Made by a program: the position numbers and the translations under genes
NCBI RefSeq assembly: GCF_009914755.1
Contig: NC_060934.1
DNA length: 64,000 nt
Source of the DNA: the human T2T-CHM13v2.0 reference genome, Homo sapiens
Direction: 5' to 3' (one strand)
Shown here: positions 1 through 12,170 of the stretch, in pieces
Position numbering within the stretch: position 1 is the stretch's first letter
How the letters are laid out: every line of letters starts with the position of its first letter
Notes under the pieces: generated by a model
Told to the model about the DNA's origin: nothing
Database searches by the model: none
What the model saw: the letters and a program-made list of their open reading frames with translations, nothing else

Positions 1-177
1 TTCGAAGACAGTGATAGAAAAGGATATATCTTCGTATTAAAAGTAGACAAAATCATTCTCAGAAAACTCTTTGTGATGTGTGTGTTCAACTCACAGAGTT
101 TAACCTTTCTTTAATCGAGCAGTTTGGAAATACACTCTTTGTAAGTCTGCAGGTGGATATTTGGCCCTCTTTGAGCC

Positions 178-194
178 CTTCGTTGGAAACGGGA
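178..194 (+). promoter_or_regulatory. CENP-B box in the 8-mer-specific monomer (representative)
   Basis: CTTCGTTGGAAACGGGA, an exact canonical 17 bp box. Confidence 0.97.
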
Positions 195-517
195 TTTCCT
201 CATATAATGCTAGACAGAAGAATTCTCAGTAACTTCTTTGTGTTGTTTGTATTCAACACACAGATTTGAACCTTCCTTTAGAGAGAGCAGATTTGAAACA
301 CTCTGTTTTTGGAATTTGCAAGTGCAGATTTCAAGCGCTTCTAGGCCTATGGCAGAAAAGGAAATATCTTCGTATAAAAACTACACAGAATCATTCTCAA
401 CAACTACTTTGTGATGTGTGCGTTCAACTCACAGAGTTTAACCTTTCTTTTCATAGAGCAGTTTGGAAACACTCTGTTTGTAAAGCCTGCAAGTGCTTTT
501 TTGGACTTCATTGAGGC

Positions 518-534
518 CTTCGTTGGAAACGGGA
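518..534 (+). promoter_or_regulatory. CENP-B box (representative; about 188 complete box positions in the window, in alternate monomers)
   Basis: CTTCGTTGGAAACGGGA. Count derived from 4 per 8-mer and 3 per 6-mer plus the window ends. Confidence 0.97.
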
Positions 535-857
535 TTTCTTCATATAATGCTAGACAGAAGAATTCTCAGTCACTTCTTTGTGTTGTGTGTATTCAAGTCA
601 CAGAGTTGAACCTTCCTTTAGACAGAGCAGTTTTGAAAAATTCTTTCTGTGGAGTTTGCAAGTGGAGATTTCAAGCGATTTGAGGCTAATCTTTGAAATG
701 GAAATATCTTCGTGTAAAAACTACACAGAATCATTCTCAGAAACTGCTTTGTCATCTGTGCGTTCAGTTCACAGAGTTTCACCTTTCTCTTCATAGAGCA
801 GTTTGGAAAGACTCTGTCTGTAAAGTCTGCAAGTGATTAGTTAGACCCCTTTGAGGC

Positions 858-874
858 CTTCGTTGGAAGCGGGA
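858..874 (+). promoter_or_regulatory. CENP-B box, AAGC variant (one per HOR)
   Basis: CTTCGTTGGAAGCGGGA retains all core bases of nTTCGnnnnAnnCGGGn. Confidence 0.95.
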
Positions 875-1061
875 TTTCTCATTTACTGCTAGACAGAAGA
901 ATTCTCAGTAAATCCTTTGTGTTGTGTGTATTCAACTCACAGAGTGGAACCTTCCTTTATTCAGAGCAGTTTTGAAACACTCTTTTTGTGGAATTTGCAA
1001 GTGGAGATTTCAAGCGATTTGACGCCAATCTTAGACATGGAAATATCTTCATATTAAAAGT

Positions 1062-2080
1062 ACACAGAGTCATTCGTAGAAACTAGTTTGTGATGTGTGC
1101 CTTCAACTCACAGAGTTTAACCTTTCTTTTCATAGAGCAGTTGGGAAACACTCTATTTGTAAAGTCTGCAAGTGGATATTTGGACCTCTTTGAGGCCTTC
1201 GTTGGAAACGGGATTTCTTCATACAACGCTAGACAGAAGAATTCTCAGTAACTTCTTTGTGTTGTGTGTATTCAACTCACAGAGTTGAACCTTTCTTTAG
1301 AGAGAGCAGAGTTGAAACACTCTGTTTTTGGAATTTGCAACTGCAGATTTCAAGCGATTCTAGGCCTATGGCAGAAAAGGAAATATCTTCGTATAAAAAC
1401 TACACAGAATCATTCTGAACAACTACTTTGTGATGTGTGCGTTCAACTCACAGAGTTTAACCTTTCTTTTCATAGAGCAGTTTGGAAACACTCTGTTTGT
1501 AAAGCCTGCAAGTGCTTTTTTGGACTTCATTGAGGCCTTCGTTGGAAACGGGATTTCTTCATGTAATGCTAGACAGAAGAATTCTCAGTCACTTCTTTGT
1601 GTTGTGTGTATTCAAGTCACAGAGTTGAACCTTCCTTTAGACAGAGCAGTTTTGAAAAATTCTTTCTGTGTAATTTGCAAGTGGAGATTTCAAGCGATTT
1701 GAGGCTAATCTTTGAAATGGAAATATCTTCGTGTAAAAACTACACAGAATCATTCTCAGAAACTGCTTTGTCATCTGTGCGTTCAGTTCACAGAGTTTCA
1801 CCTTTCTCTTCATAGAGCAGTTTGGAAAGACTCTGTCTGTAAAGTCTGCAAGTGATTAGTTAGACCCCTTTGAGGCCTTCGTTGGAAGCGGGATTTCTCA
1901 TTTACTGCTAGACAGAAGAATTCTCAGTAAATCCTTTGTGTTGTGTGTATTCAACTCACAGAGTGGAACCTTCCTTTATTCAGAGCAGTTTTGAAACACT
2001 CTTTTTGTGGAATTTGCAAGTGGAGATTTCAAGCGATTTGACGCCAATCTTAGACATGGAAATATCTTCATATTAAAAGT
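1062..2080 (+). repeat. Representative 6-mer HOR structural variant (1019 bp, RsaI to RsaI); 23 complete copies
   Basis: 1019 bp spacing of anchors (e.g. 17210, 18229, 19248). Lacks the 338 bp 8-mer-specific dimer and has three CENP-B boxes. Confidence 0.97.
1197..1213 (+). promoter_or_regulatory. CENP-B box (representative)
   Basis: CTTCGTTGGAAACGGGA. Confidence 0.97.
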
Positions 2081-3437
2081 ACACAGAGTCATTCGTAGAA
2101 ACTAGTTTGTGATGTGTGCCTTCAACTCACAGAGTTTAACCTTTCTTTTCATAGAGCAGTTGGGAAACACTCTATTTGTAAAGTCTGCAAGTGGATATTT
2201 GGACCTCTTTGAGGCCTTCGTTGGAAACGGGATTTCTTCATATAACGCTAGACAGAAGAATTCTCAGTAACTTCTTTGTGTTGTGTGTATTCAACTCACA
2301 GAGTTGAACCTTTCTTTAGAGGGAGCAGAGGTGAAACACTCTTTTTGTGGAATTTGCTAGTGTAGATTTCAAACGCTTCGAAGACAGTGATAGAAAAGGA
2401 TATATCTTCGTATTAAAAGTAGACAAAATCATTCTCAGAAAACTCTTTGTGATGTGTGTGTTCAACTCACAGAGTTTAACCTTTCTTTAATCGAGCAGTT
2501 TGGAAATACACTCTTTGTAAGTCTGCAGGTGGATATTTGGCCCTCTTTGAGCCCTTCGTTGGAAACGGGATTTCCTCATATAATGCTAGACAGAAGAATT
2601 CTCAGTAACTTCTTTGTGTTGTTTGTATTCAACACACAGATTTGAACCTTCCTTTAGAGAGAGCAGATTTGAAACACTCTGTTTTTGGAATTTGCAAGTG
2701 CAGATTTCAAGCGCTTCTAGGCCTATGGCAGAAAAGGAAATATCTTCGTATAAAAACTACACAGAATCATTCTCAACAACTACTTTGTGATGTGTGCGTT
2801 CAACTCACAGAGTTTAACCTTTCTTTTCATAGAGCAGTTTGGAAACACTCTGTTTGTAAAGCCTGCAAGTGCTTTTTTGGACTTCATTGAGGCCTTCGTT
2901 GGAAACGGGATTTCTTCATATAATGCTAGACAGAAGAATTCTCAGTCACTTCTTTGTGTTGTGTGTATTCAAGTCACAGAGTTGAACCTTCCTTTAGACA
3001 GAGCAGTTTTGAAAAATTCTTTCTGTGGAATTTGCAAGTGGAGATTTCAAGCGATTTGAGGCTAATCTTTGAAATGGAAATATCTTCGTGTAAAAACTAC
3101 ACAGAATCATTCTCAGAAACTGCTTTGTCATCTGTGCGTTCAGTTCACAGAGTTTCACCTTTCTCTTCATAGAGCAGTTTGGAAAGACTCTGTCTGTAAA
3201 GTCTGCAAGTGATTAGTTAGACCCCTTTGAGGCCTTCGTTGGAAGCGGGATTTCTCATTTACTGCTAGACAGAAGAATTCTCAGTAAATCCTTTGTGTTG
3301 TGTGTATTCAACTCACAGAGTGGAACCTTCCTTTATTCAGAGCAGTTTTGAAAAACACTTTTTGTGGAATTTGCAAGTGGAGATTTCAAGCGATTTGACG
3401 CCAATCTTAGACATGGAAATATCTTCATATTAAAAGT
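2081..3437 (+). repeat. Representative canonical 8-mer HOR unit (1357 bp, RsaI to RsaI); 29 complete copies
   Basis: 1357 bp spacing of ORF anchors (e.g. 7706, 9063, 10420). Contains the 8-mer-specific segment gagggagcagaggtg...ttcgaagacagtgatag...taatcgagc...gtctgcagg and four CENP-B boxes. Confidence 0.97.
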
Positions 3438-6400
3438 ACACAGAGTCATTCGTAGAAACTAGTTTGTGATGTGTGCCTTCAACTCACAGAGTTTAACCTT
3501 TCTTTTCATAGAGCAGTTTGGAAACACTCTATTTGTAAAGTCTGCAAGTGGATATTTGGACCTCTTTGAGGCCTTCGTTGGAAACGGGATTTCTTCATAC
3601 AACGCTAGACAGAAGAATTCTCAGTAACTTCTTTGTGTTGTGTGTATTCAACTCACAGAGTTGAACCTTTCTTTAGAGAGAGCAGAGTTGAAACACTCTG
3701 TTTTTGGAATTTGCAACTGCAGATTTCAAGCCATTCTAGGCCTATGGCAGAAAAGGAAATATCTTCGTATAAAAACTACACAGAATCATTCTCAACAACT
3801 ACTTTGTGATGTGTGCGTTCAACTCACAGAGTTTAACCTTTCTTTTCATAGAGCAGTTTGGAAACACTCTGTTTGTAAAGCCTGCAAGTGCTTTTTTGGA
3901 CTTCATTGAGGCCTTCGTTGGAAACGGGATTTCTTCATATAATGCTAGACAGAAGAATTCTCAGTCACTTCTTTGTGTTGTGTGTATTCAAGTCACAGAG
4001 TTGAACCTTCCTTTAGACAGAGCAGTTTTGAAAAATTCTTTCTGTGTAATTTGCAAGTGGAGATTTCAAGCGATTTGAGGCTAATCTTTGAAATGGAAAT
4101 ATCTTCGTGTAAAAACTACACAGAATCATTCTCAGAAACTGCTTTGTCATCTGTGCGTTCAGTTCACAGAGTTTCACCTTTCTCTTCATAGAGCAGTTTG
4201 GAAAGACTCTGTCTGTAAAGTCCGCAAGTGATTAGTTAGACCCCTTTGAGGCCTTCGTTGGAAGCGGGATTTCTCATTTACTGCTAGACAGAAGAATTCT
4301 CAGTAAATCCTTTGTGTTGTGTGTATTCAACTCACAGAGTGGAACCTTCCTTTATTCAGAGCAGTTTTGAAACACTCTTTTTGTGGAATTTGCAAGTGGA
4401 GATTTCAAGCGATTTGACGCCAATCTTAGACATGGAAATATCTTCATATTAAAAGTACACAGAGTCATTCGTAGAAACTAGTTTGTGATGTGTGCCTTCA
4501 ACTCACAGAGTTTAACCTTTCTTTTCATAGAGCAGTTGGGAAACACTCTATTTGTAAAGTCTGCAAGTGGATATTTGGACCTCTTTGAGGCCTTCGTTGG
4601 AAACGGGATTTCTTCATATAACGCTAGACAGAAGAATTCTCAGTAACTTCTTTGTGTTGTGTGTATTCAACTCACAGAGTTGAACCTTTCTTTAGAGGGA
4701 GCAGAGGTGAAACACTCTTTTTGTGGAATTTGCTAGTGTAGATTTCAAACGCTTCGAAGACAGTGATAGAAAAGGATATATCTTCGTATTAAAAGTAGAC
4801 AAAATCATTCTCAGAAAACTCTTTGTGATGTGTGTGTTCAACTCACAGAGTTTAACCTTTCTTTAATCGAGCAGTTTGGAAATACACTCTTTGTAAGTCT
4901 GCAGGTGGATATTTGGCCCTCTTTGAGCCCTTCGTTGGAAACGGGATTTCCTCATATAATGCTAGACAGAAGAATTCTCAGTAACTTCTTTGTGTTGTTT
5001 GTATTCAACACACAGATTTGAACCTTCCTTTAGAGAGAGCAGATTTGAAACACTCTGTTTTTGGAATTTGCAAGTGCAGATTTCAAGCGCTTCTAGGCCT
5101 ATGGCAGAAAAGGAAATATCTTCGTATAAAAACTACACAGAATCATTCTCAACAACTACTTTGTGATGTGTGCGTTCAACTCACAGAGTTTAACCTTTCT
5201 TTTCATAGAGCAGTTTGGAAACACTCTGTTTGTAAAGCCTGCAAGTGCTTTTTTGGACTTCATTGAGGCCTTCGTTGGAAACGGGATTTCTTCATATAAT
5301 GCTAGACAGAAGAATTCTCAGTCACTTCTTTGTGTTGTGTGTATTCAAGTCACAGAGTTGAACCTTCCTTTAGACAGAGCAGTTTTGAAAAATTCTTTCT
5401 GTGGAGTTTGCAAGTGGAGATTTCAAGCGATTTGAGGCTAATCTTTGAAATGGAAATATCTTCGTGTAAAAACTACACAGAATCATTCTCAGAAACTGCT
5501 TTGTCATCTGTGCGTTCAGTTCACAGAGTTTCACCTTTCTCTTCATAGAGCAGTTTGGAAAGACTCTGTCTGTAAAGTCTGCAAGTGATTAGTTAGACCC
5601 CTTTGAGGCCTTCGTTGGAAGCGGGATTTCTCATTTACTGCTAGACAGAAGAATTCTCAGTAAATCCTTTGTGTTGTGTGTATTCAACTCACAGAGTGGA
5701 ACCTTCCTTTATTCAGAGCAGTTTTGAAACACTCTTTTTGTGGAATTTGCAAGTGGAGATTTCAAGCGATTTGACGCCAATCTTAGACATGGAAATATCT
5801 TCATATTAAAAGTACACAGAGTCATTCGTAGAAACTAGTTTGTGATGTGTGCCTTCAACTCACAGAGTTTAACCTTTCTTTTCATAGAGCAGTTGGGAAA
5901 CACTCTATTTGTAAAGTCTGCAAGTGGATATTTGGACCTCTTTGAGGCCTTCGTTGGAAACGGGATTTCTTCATACAACGCTAGACAGAAGAATTCTCAG
6001 TAACTTCTTTGTGTTGTGTGTATTCAACTCACAGAGTTGAACCTTTCTTTAGAGAGAGCAGAGTTGAAACACTCTGTTTTTGGAATTTGCAACTGCAGAT
6101 TTCAAGCGATTCTAGGCCTATGGCAGAAAAGGAAATATCTTCGTATAAAAACTACACAGAATCATTCTCAACAACTACTTTGTGATGTGTGCGTTCAACT
6201 CACAGAGTTTAACCTTTCTTTTCATAGAGCAGTTTGGAAACACTCTGTTTGTAAAGCCTGCAAGTGCTTTTTTGGACTTCATTGAGGCCTTCGTTGGAAA
6301 CGGGATTTCTTCATGTAATGCTAGACAGAAGAATTCTCAGTCACTTCTTTGTGTTGTGTGTATTCAAGTCACAGAGTTGAACCTTCCTTTAGACAGAGCA

Positions 6401-9400
6401 GTTTTGAAAAATTCTTTCTGTGTAATTTGCAAGTGGAGATTTCAAGCGATTTGAGGCTAATCTTTGAAATGGAAATATCTTCGTGTAAAAACTACACAGA
6501 ATCATTCTCAGAAACTGCTTTGTCATCTGTGCGTTCAGTTCACAGAGTTTCACCTTTCTCTTCATAGAGCAGTTTGGAAAGACTCTGTCTGTAAAGTCTG
6601 CAAGTGATTAGTTAGACCCCTTTGAGGCCTTCGTTGGAAGCGGGATTTCTCATTTACTGCTAGACAGAAGAATTCTCAGTAAATCCTTTGTGTTGTGTGT
6701 ATTCAACTCACAGAGTGGAACCTTCCTTTATTCAGAGCAGTTTTGAAACACTCTTTTTGTGGAATTTGCAAGTGGAGATTTCAAGCGATTTGACGCCAAT
6801 CTTAGACATGGAAATATCTTCATATTAAAAGTACACAGAGTCATTCGTAGAAACTAGTTTGTGATGTGTGCCTTCAACTCACAGAGTTTAACCTTTCTTT
6901 TCATAGAGCAGTTGGGAAACACTCTACTTGTAAAGTCTGCAAGTGGATATTTGGACCTCTTTGAGGCCTTCGTTGGAAACGGGATTTCTTCATATAACGC
7001 TAGACAGAAGAATTCTCAGTAACTTCTTTGTGTTGTGTGTATTCAACTCACAGAGTTGAACCTTTCTTTAGAGGGAGCAGAGGTGAAACACTCTTTTTGT
7101 GGAATTTGCTAGTGTAGATTTCAAACGCTTCGAAGACAGTGATAGAAAAGGATATATCTTCGTATTAAAAGTAGACAAAATCATTCTCAGAAAACTCTTT
7201 GTGATGTGTGTGTTCAACTCACAGAGTTTAACCTTTCTTTAATCGAGCAGTTTGGAAATACACTCTTTGTAAGTCTGCAGGTGGATATTTGGCCCTCTTT
7301 GAGCCCTTCGTTGGAAACGGGATTTCCTCATATAATGCTAGACAGAAGAATTCTCAGTAACTTCTTTGTGTTGTTTGTATTCAACACACAGATTTGAACC
7401 TTCCTTTAGAGAGAGCAGATTTGAAACACTCTGTTTTTGGAATTTGCAAGTGCAGATTTCAAGCGCTTCTAGGCCTATGGCAGAAAAGGAAATATCTTCG
7501 TATAAAAACTACACAGAATCATTCTCAACAACTACTTTGTGATGTGTGCGTTCAACTCACAGAGTTTAACCTTTCTTTTCATAGAGCAGTTTGGAAACAC
7601 TCTGTTTGTAAAGCCTGCAAGTGCTTTTTTGGACTTCATTGAGGCCTTCGTTGGAAACGGGATTTCTTCATATAATGCTAGACAGAAGAATTCTCAGTCA
7701 CTTCTTTGTGTTGTGTGTATTCAAGTCACAGAGTTGAACCTTCCTTTAGACAGAGCAGTTTTGAAAAATTCTTTCTGTGGAATTTGCAAGTGGAGATTTC
7801 AAGCGATTTGAGGCTAATCTTTGAAATGGAAATATCTTCGTGTAAAAACTACACAGAATCATTCTCAGAAACTGCTTTGTCATCTGTGCGTTCAGTTCAC
7901 AGAGTTTCACCTTTCTCTTCATAGAGCAGTTTGGAAAGACTCTGTCTGTAAAGTCTGCAAGTGATTAGTTAGACCCCTTTGAGGCCTTCGTTGGAAGCGG
8001 GATTTCTCATTTACTGCTAGACAGAAGAATTCTCAGTAAATCCTTTGTGTTGTGTGTATTCAACTCACAGAGTGGAACCTTCCTTTATTCAGAGCAGTTT
8101 TGAAAAACACTTTTTGTGGAATTTGCAAGTGGAGATTTCAAGCGATTTGACGCCAATCTTAGACATGGAAATATCTTCATATTAAAAGTACACAGAGTCA
8201 TTCGTAGAAACTAGTTTGTGATGTGTGCCTTCAACTCACAGAGTTTAACCTTTCTTTTCATAGAGCAGTTGGGAAACACTCTACTTGTAAAGTCTGCAAG
8301 TGGATATTTGGACCTCTTTGAGGCCTTCGTTGGAAACGGGATTTCTTCATATAACGCTAGACAGAAGAATTCTCAGTAACTTCTTTGTGTTGTGTGTATT
8401 CAACTCACAGAGTTGAACCTTTCTTTAGAGGGAGCAGAGGTGAAACACTCTTTTTGTGGAATTTGCTAGTGTAGATTTCAAACGCTTCGAAGACAGTGAT
8501 AGAAAAGGATATATCTTCGTATTAAAAGTAGACAAAATCATTCTCAGAAAACTCTTTGTGATGTGTGTGTTCAACTCACAGAGTTTAACCTTTCTTTAAT
8601 CGAGCAGTTTGGAAATACACTCTTTGTAAGTCTGCAGGTGGATATTTGGCCCTCTTTGAGCCCTTCGTTGGAAACGGGATTTCCTCATATAATGCTAGAC
8701 AGAAGAATTCTCAGTAACTTCTTTGTGTTGTTTGTATTCAACACACAGATTTGAACCTTCCTTTAGAGAGAGCAGATTTGAAACACTCTGTTTTTGGAAT
8801 TTGCAAGTGCAGATTTCAAGCGCTTCTAGGCCTATGGCAGAAAAGGAAATATCTTCGTATAAAAACTACACAGAATCATTCTCAACAACTACTTTGTGAT
8901 GTGTGCGTTCAACTCACAGAGTTTAACCTTTCTTTTCATAGAGCAGTTTGGAAACACTCTGTTTGTAAAGCCTGCAAGTGCTTTTTTGGACTTCATTGAG
9001 GCCTTCGTTGGAAACGGGATTTCTTCATATAATGCTAGACAGAAGAATTCTCAGTCACTTCTTTGTGTTGTGTGTATTCAAGTCACAGAGTTGAACCTTC
9101 CTTTAGACAGAGCAGTTTTGAAAAATTCTTTCTGTGGAGTTTGCAAGTGGAGATTTCAAGCGATTTGAGGCTAATCTTTGAAATGGAAATATCTTCGTGT
9201 AAAAACTACACAGAATCATTCTCAGAAACTGCTTTGTCATCTGTGCGTTCAGTTCACAGAGTTTCACCTTTCTCTTCATAGAGCAGTTTGGAAAGACTCT
9301 GTCTGTAAAGTCTGCAAGTGATTAGTTAGACCCCTTTGAGGCCTTCGTTGGAAGCGGGATTTCTCATTTACTGCTAGACAGAAGAATTCTCAGTAAATCC

Positions 9401-12170
9401 TTTGTGTTGTGTGTATTCAACTCACAGAGTGGAACCTTCCTTTATTCAGAGCAGTTTTGAAACACTCTTTTTGTGGAATTTGCAAGTGGAGATTTCAAGC
9501 GATTTGACGCCAATCTTAGACATGGAAATATCTTCATATTAAAAGTACACAGAGTCATTCGTAGAAACTAGTTTGTGATGTGTGCCTTCAACTCACAGAG
9601 TTTAACCTTTCTTTTCATAGAGCAGTTGGGAAACACTCTATTTGTAAAGTCTGCAAGTGGATATTTGGACCTCTTTGAGGCCTTCGTTGGAAACGGGATT
9701 TCTTCATATAACGCTAGACAGAAGAATTCTCAGTAACTTCTTTGTGTTGTGTGTATTCAACTCACAGAGTTGAACCTTTCTTTAGAGGGAGCAGAGGTGA
9801 AACACTCTTTTTGTGGAATTTGCTAGTGTAGATTTCAAACGCTTCGAAGACAGTGATAGAAAAGGATATATCTTCGTATTAAAAGTAGACAAAATCATTC
9901 TCAGAAAACTCTTTGTGATGTGTGTGTTCAACTCACAGAGTTTAACCTTTCTTTAATCGAGCAGTTTGGAAATACACTCTTTGTAAGTCTGCAGGTGGAT
10001 ATTTGGCCCTCTTTGAGCCCTTCGTTGGAAACGGGATTTCCTCATATAATGCTAGACAGAAGAATTCTCAGTAACTTCTTTGTGTTGTTTGTATTCAACA
10101 CACAGATTTGAACCTTCCTTTAGAGAGAGCAGATTTGAAACACTCTGTTTTTGGAATTTGCAAGTGCAGATTTCAAGCGCTTCTAGGCCTATGGCAGAAA
10201 AGGAAATATCTTCGTATAAAAACTACACAGAATCATTCTCAACAACTACTTTGTGATGTGTGCGTTCAACTCACAGAGTTTAACCTTTCTTTTCATAGAG
10301 CAGTTTGGAAACACTCTGTTTGTAAAGCCTGCAAGTGCTTTTTTGGACTTCATTGAGGCCTTCGTTGGAAACGGGATTTCTTCATATAATGCTAGACAGA
10401 AGAATTCTCAGTCACTTCTTTGTGTTGTGTGTATTCAAGTCACAGAGTTGAACCTTCCTTTAGACAGAGCAGTTTTGAAAAATTCTTTCTGTGGAGTTTG
10501 CAAGTGGAGATTTCAAGCGATTTGAGGCTAATCTTTGAAATGGAAATATCTTCGTGTAAAAACTACACAGAATCATTCTCAGAAACTGCTTTGTCATCTG
10601 TGCGTTCAGTTCACAGAGTTTCACCTTTCTCTTCATAGAGCAGTTTGGAAAGACTCTGTCTGTAAAGTCTGCAAGTGATTAGTTAGACCCCTTTGAGGCC
10701 TTCGTTGGAAGCGGGATTTCTCATTTACTGCTAGACAGAAGAATTCTCAGTAAATCCTTTGTGTTGTGTGTATTCAACTCACAGAGTGGAACCTTCCTTT
10801 ATTCAGAGCAGTTTTGAAAAACACTTTTTGTGGAATTTGCAAGTGGAGATTTCAAGCGATTTGACGCCAATCTTAGACATGGAAATATCTTCATATTAAA
10901 AGTACACAGAGTCATTCGTAGAAACTAGTTTGTGATGTGTGCCTTCAACTCACAGAGTTTAACCTTTCTTTTCATAGAGCAGTTTGGAAACACTCTATTT
11001 GTAAAGTCTGCAAGTGGATATTTGGACCTCTTTGAGGCCTTCGTTGGAAACGGGATTTCTTCATACAACGCTAGACAGAAGAATTCTCAGTAACTTCTTT
11101 GTGTTGTGTGTATTCAACTCACAGAGTTGAACCTTTCTTTAGAGAGAGCAGAGTTGAAACACTCTGTTTTTGGAATTTGCAACTGCAGATTTCAAGCGAT
11201 TCTAGGCCTATGGCAGAAAAGGAAATATCTTCGTATAAAAACTACACAGAATCATTCTCAACAACTACTTTGTGATGTGTGCGTTCAACTCACAGAGTTT
11301 AACCTTTCTTTTCATAGAGCAGTTTGGAAACACTCTGTTTGTAAAGCCTGCAAGTGCTTTTTTGGACTTCATTGAGGCCTTCGTTGGAAACGGGATTTCT
11401 TCATATAATGCTAGACAGAAGAATTCTCAGTCACTTCTTTGTGTTGTGTGTATTCAAGTCACAGAGTTGAACCTTCCTTTAGACAGAGCAGTTTTGAAAA
11501 ATTCTTTCTGTGGAGTTTGCAAGTGGAGATTTCAAGCGATTTGAGGCTAATCTTTGAAATGGAAATATCTTCGTGTAAAAACTACACAGAATCATTCTCA
11601 GAAACTGCTTTGTCATCTGTGCGTTCAGTTCACAGAGTTTCACCTTTCTCTTCATAGAGCAGTTTGGAAAGACTCTGTCTGTAAAGTCTGCAAGTGATTA
11701 GTTAGACCCCTTTGAGGCCTTCGTTGGAAGCGGGATTTCTCATTTACTGCTAGACAGAAGAATTCTCAGTAAATCCTTTGTGTTGTGTGTATTCAACTCA
11801 CAGAGTGGAACCTTCCTTTATTCAGAGCAGTTTTGAAACACTCTTTTTGTGGAATTTGCAAGTGGAGATTTCAAGCGATTTGACGCCAATCTTAGACATG
11901 GAAATATCTTCATATTAAAAGTACACAGAGTCATTCGTAGAAACTAGTTTGTGATGTGTGCCTTCAACTCACAGAGTTTAACCTTTCTTTTCATAGAGCA
12001 GTTGGGAAACACTCTATTTGTAAAGTCTGCAAGTGGATATTTGGACCTCTTTGAGGCCTTCGTTGGAAACGGGATTTCTTCATATAACGCTAGACAGAAG
12101 AATTCTCATTAACTTCTTTGTGTTGTGTGTATTCAACTCACAGAGTTGAACCTTTCTTTAGAGGGAGCAG

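Noticed and set aside
3349-3364. Apparent indel at ttgaaaaacactttt versus ttgaaacactctttt
   Set aside because: The change is length-neutral (HOR lengths are unchanged), so I treated it as a compound allele marking the 6-mer-linked haplotype.
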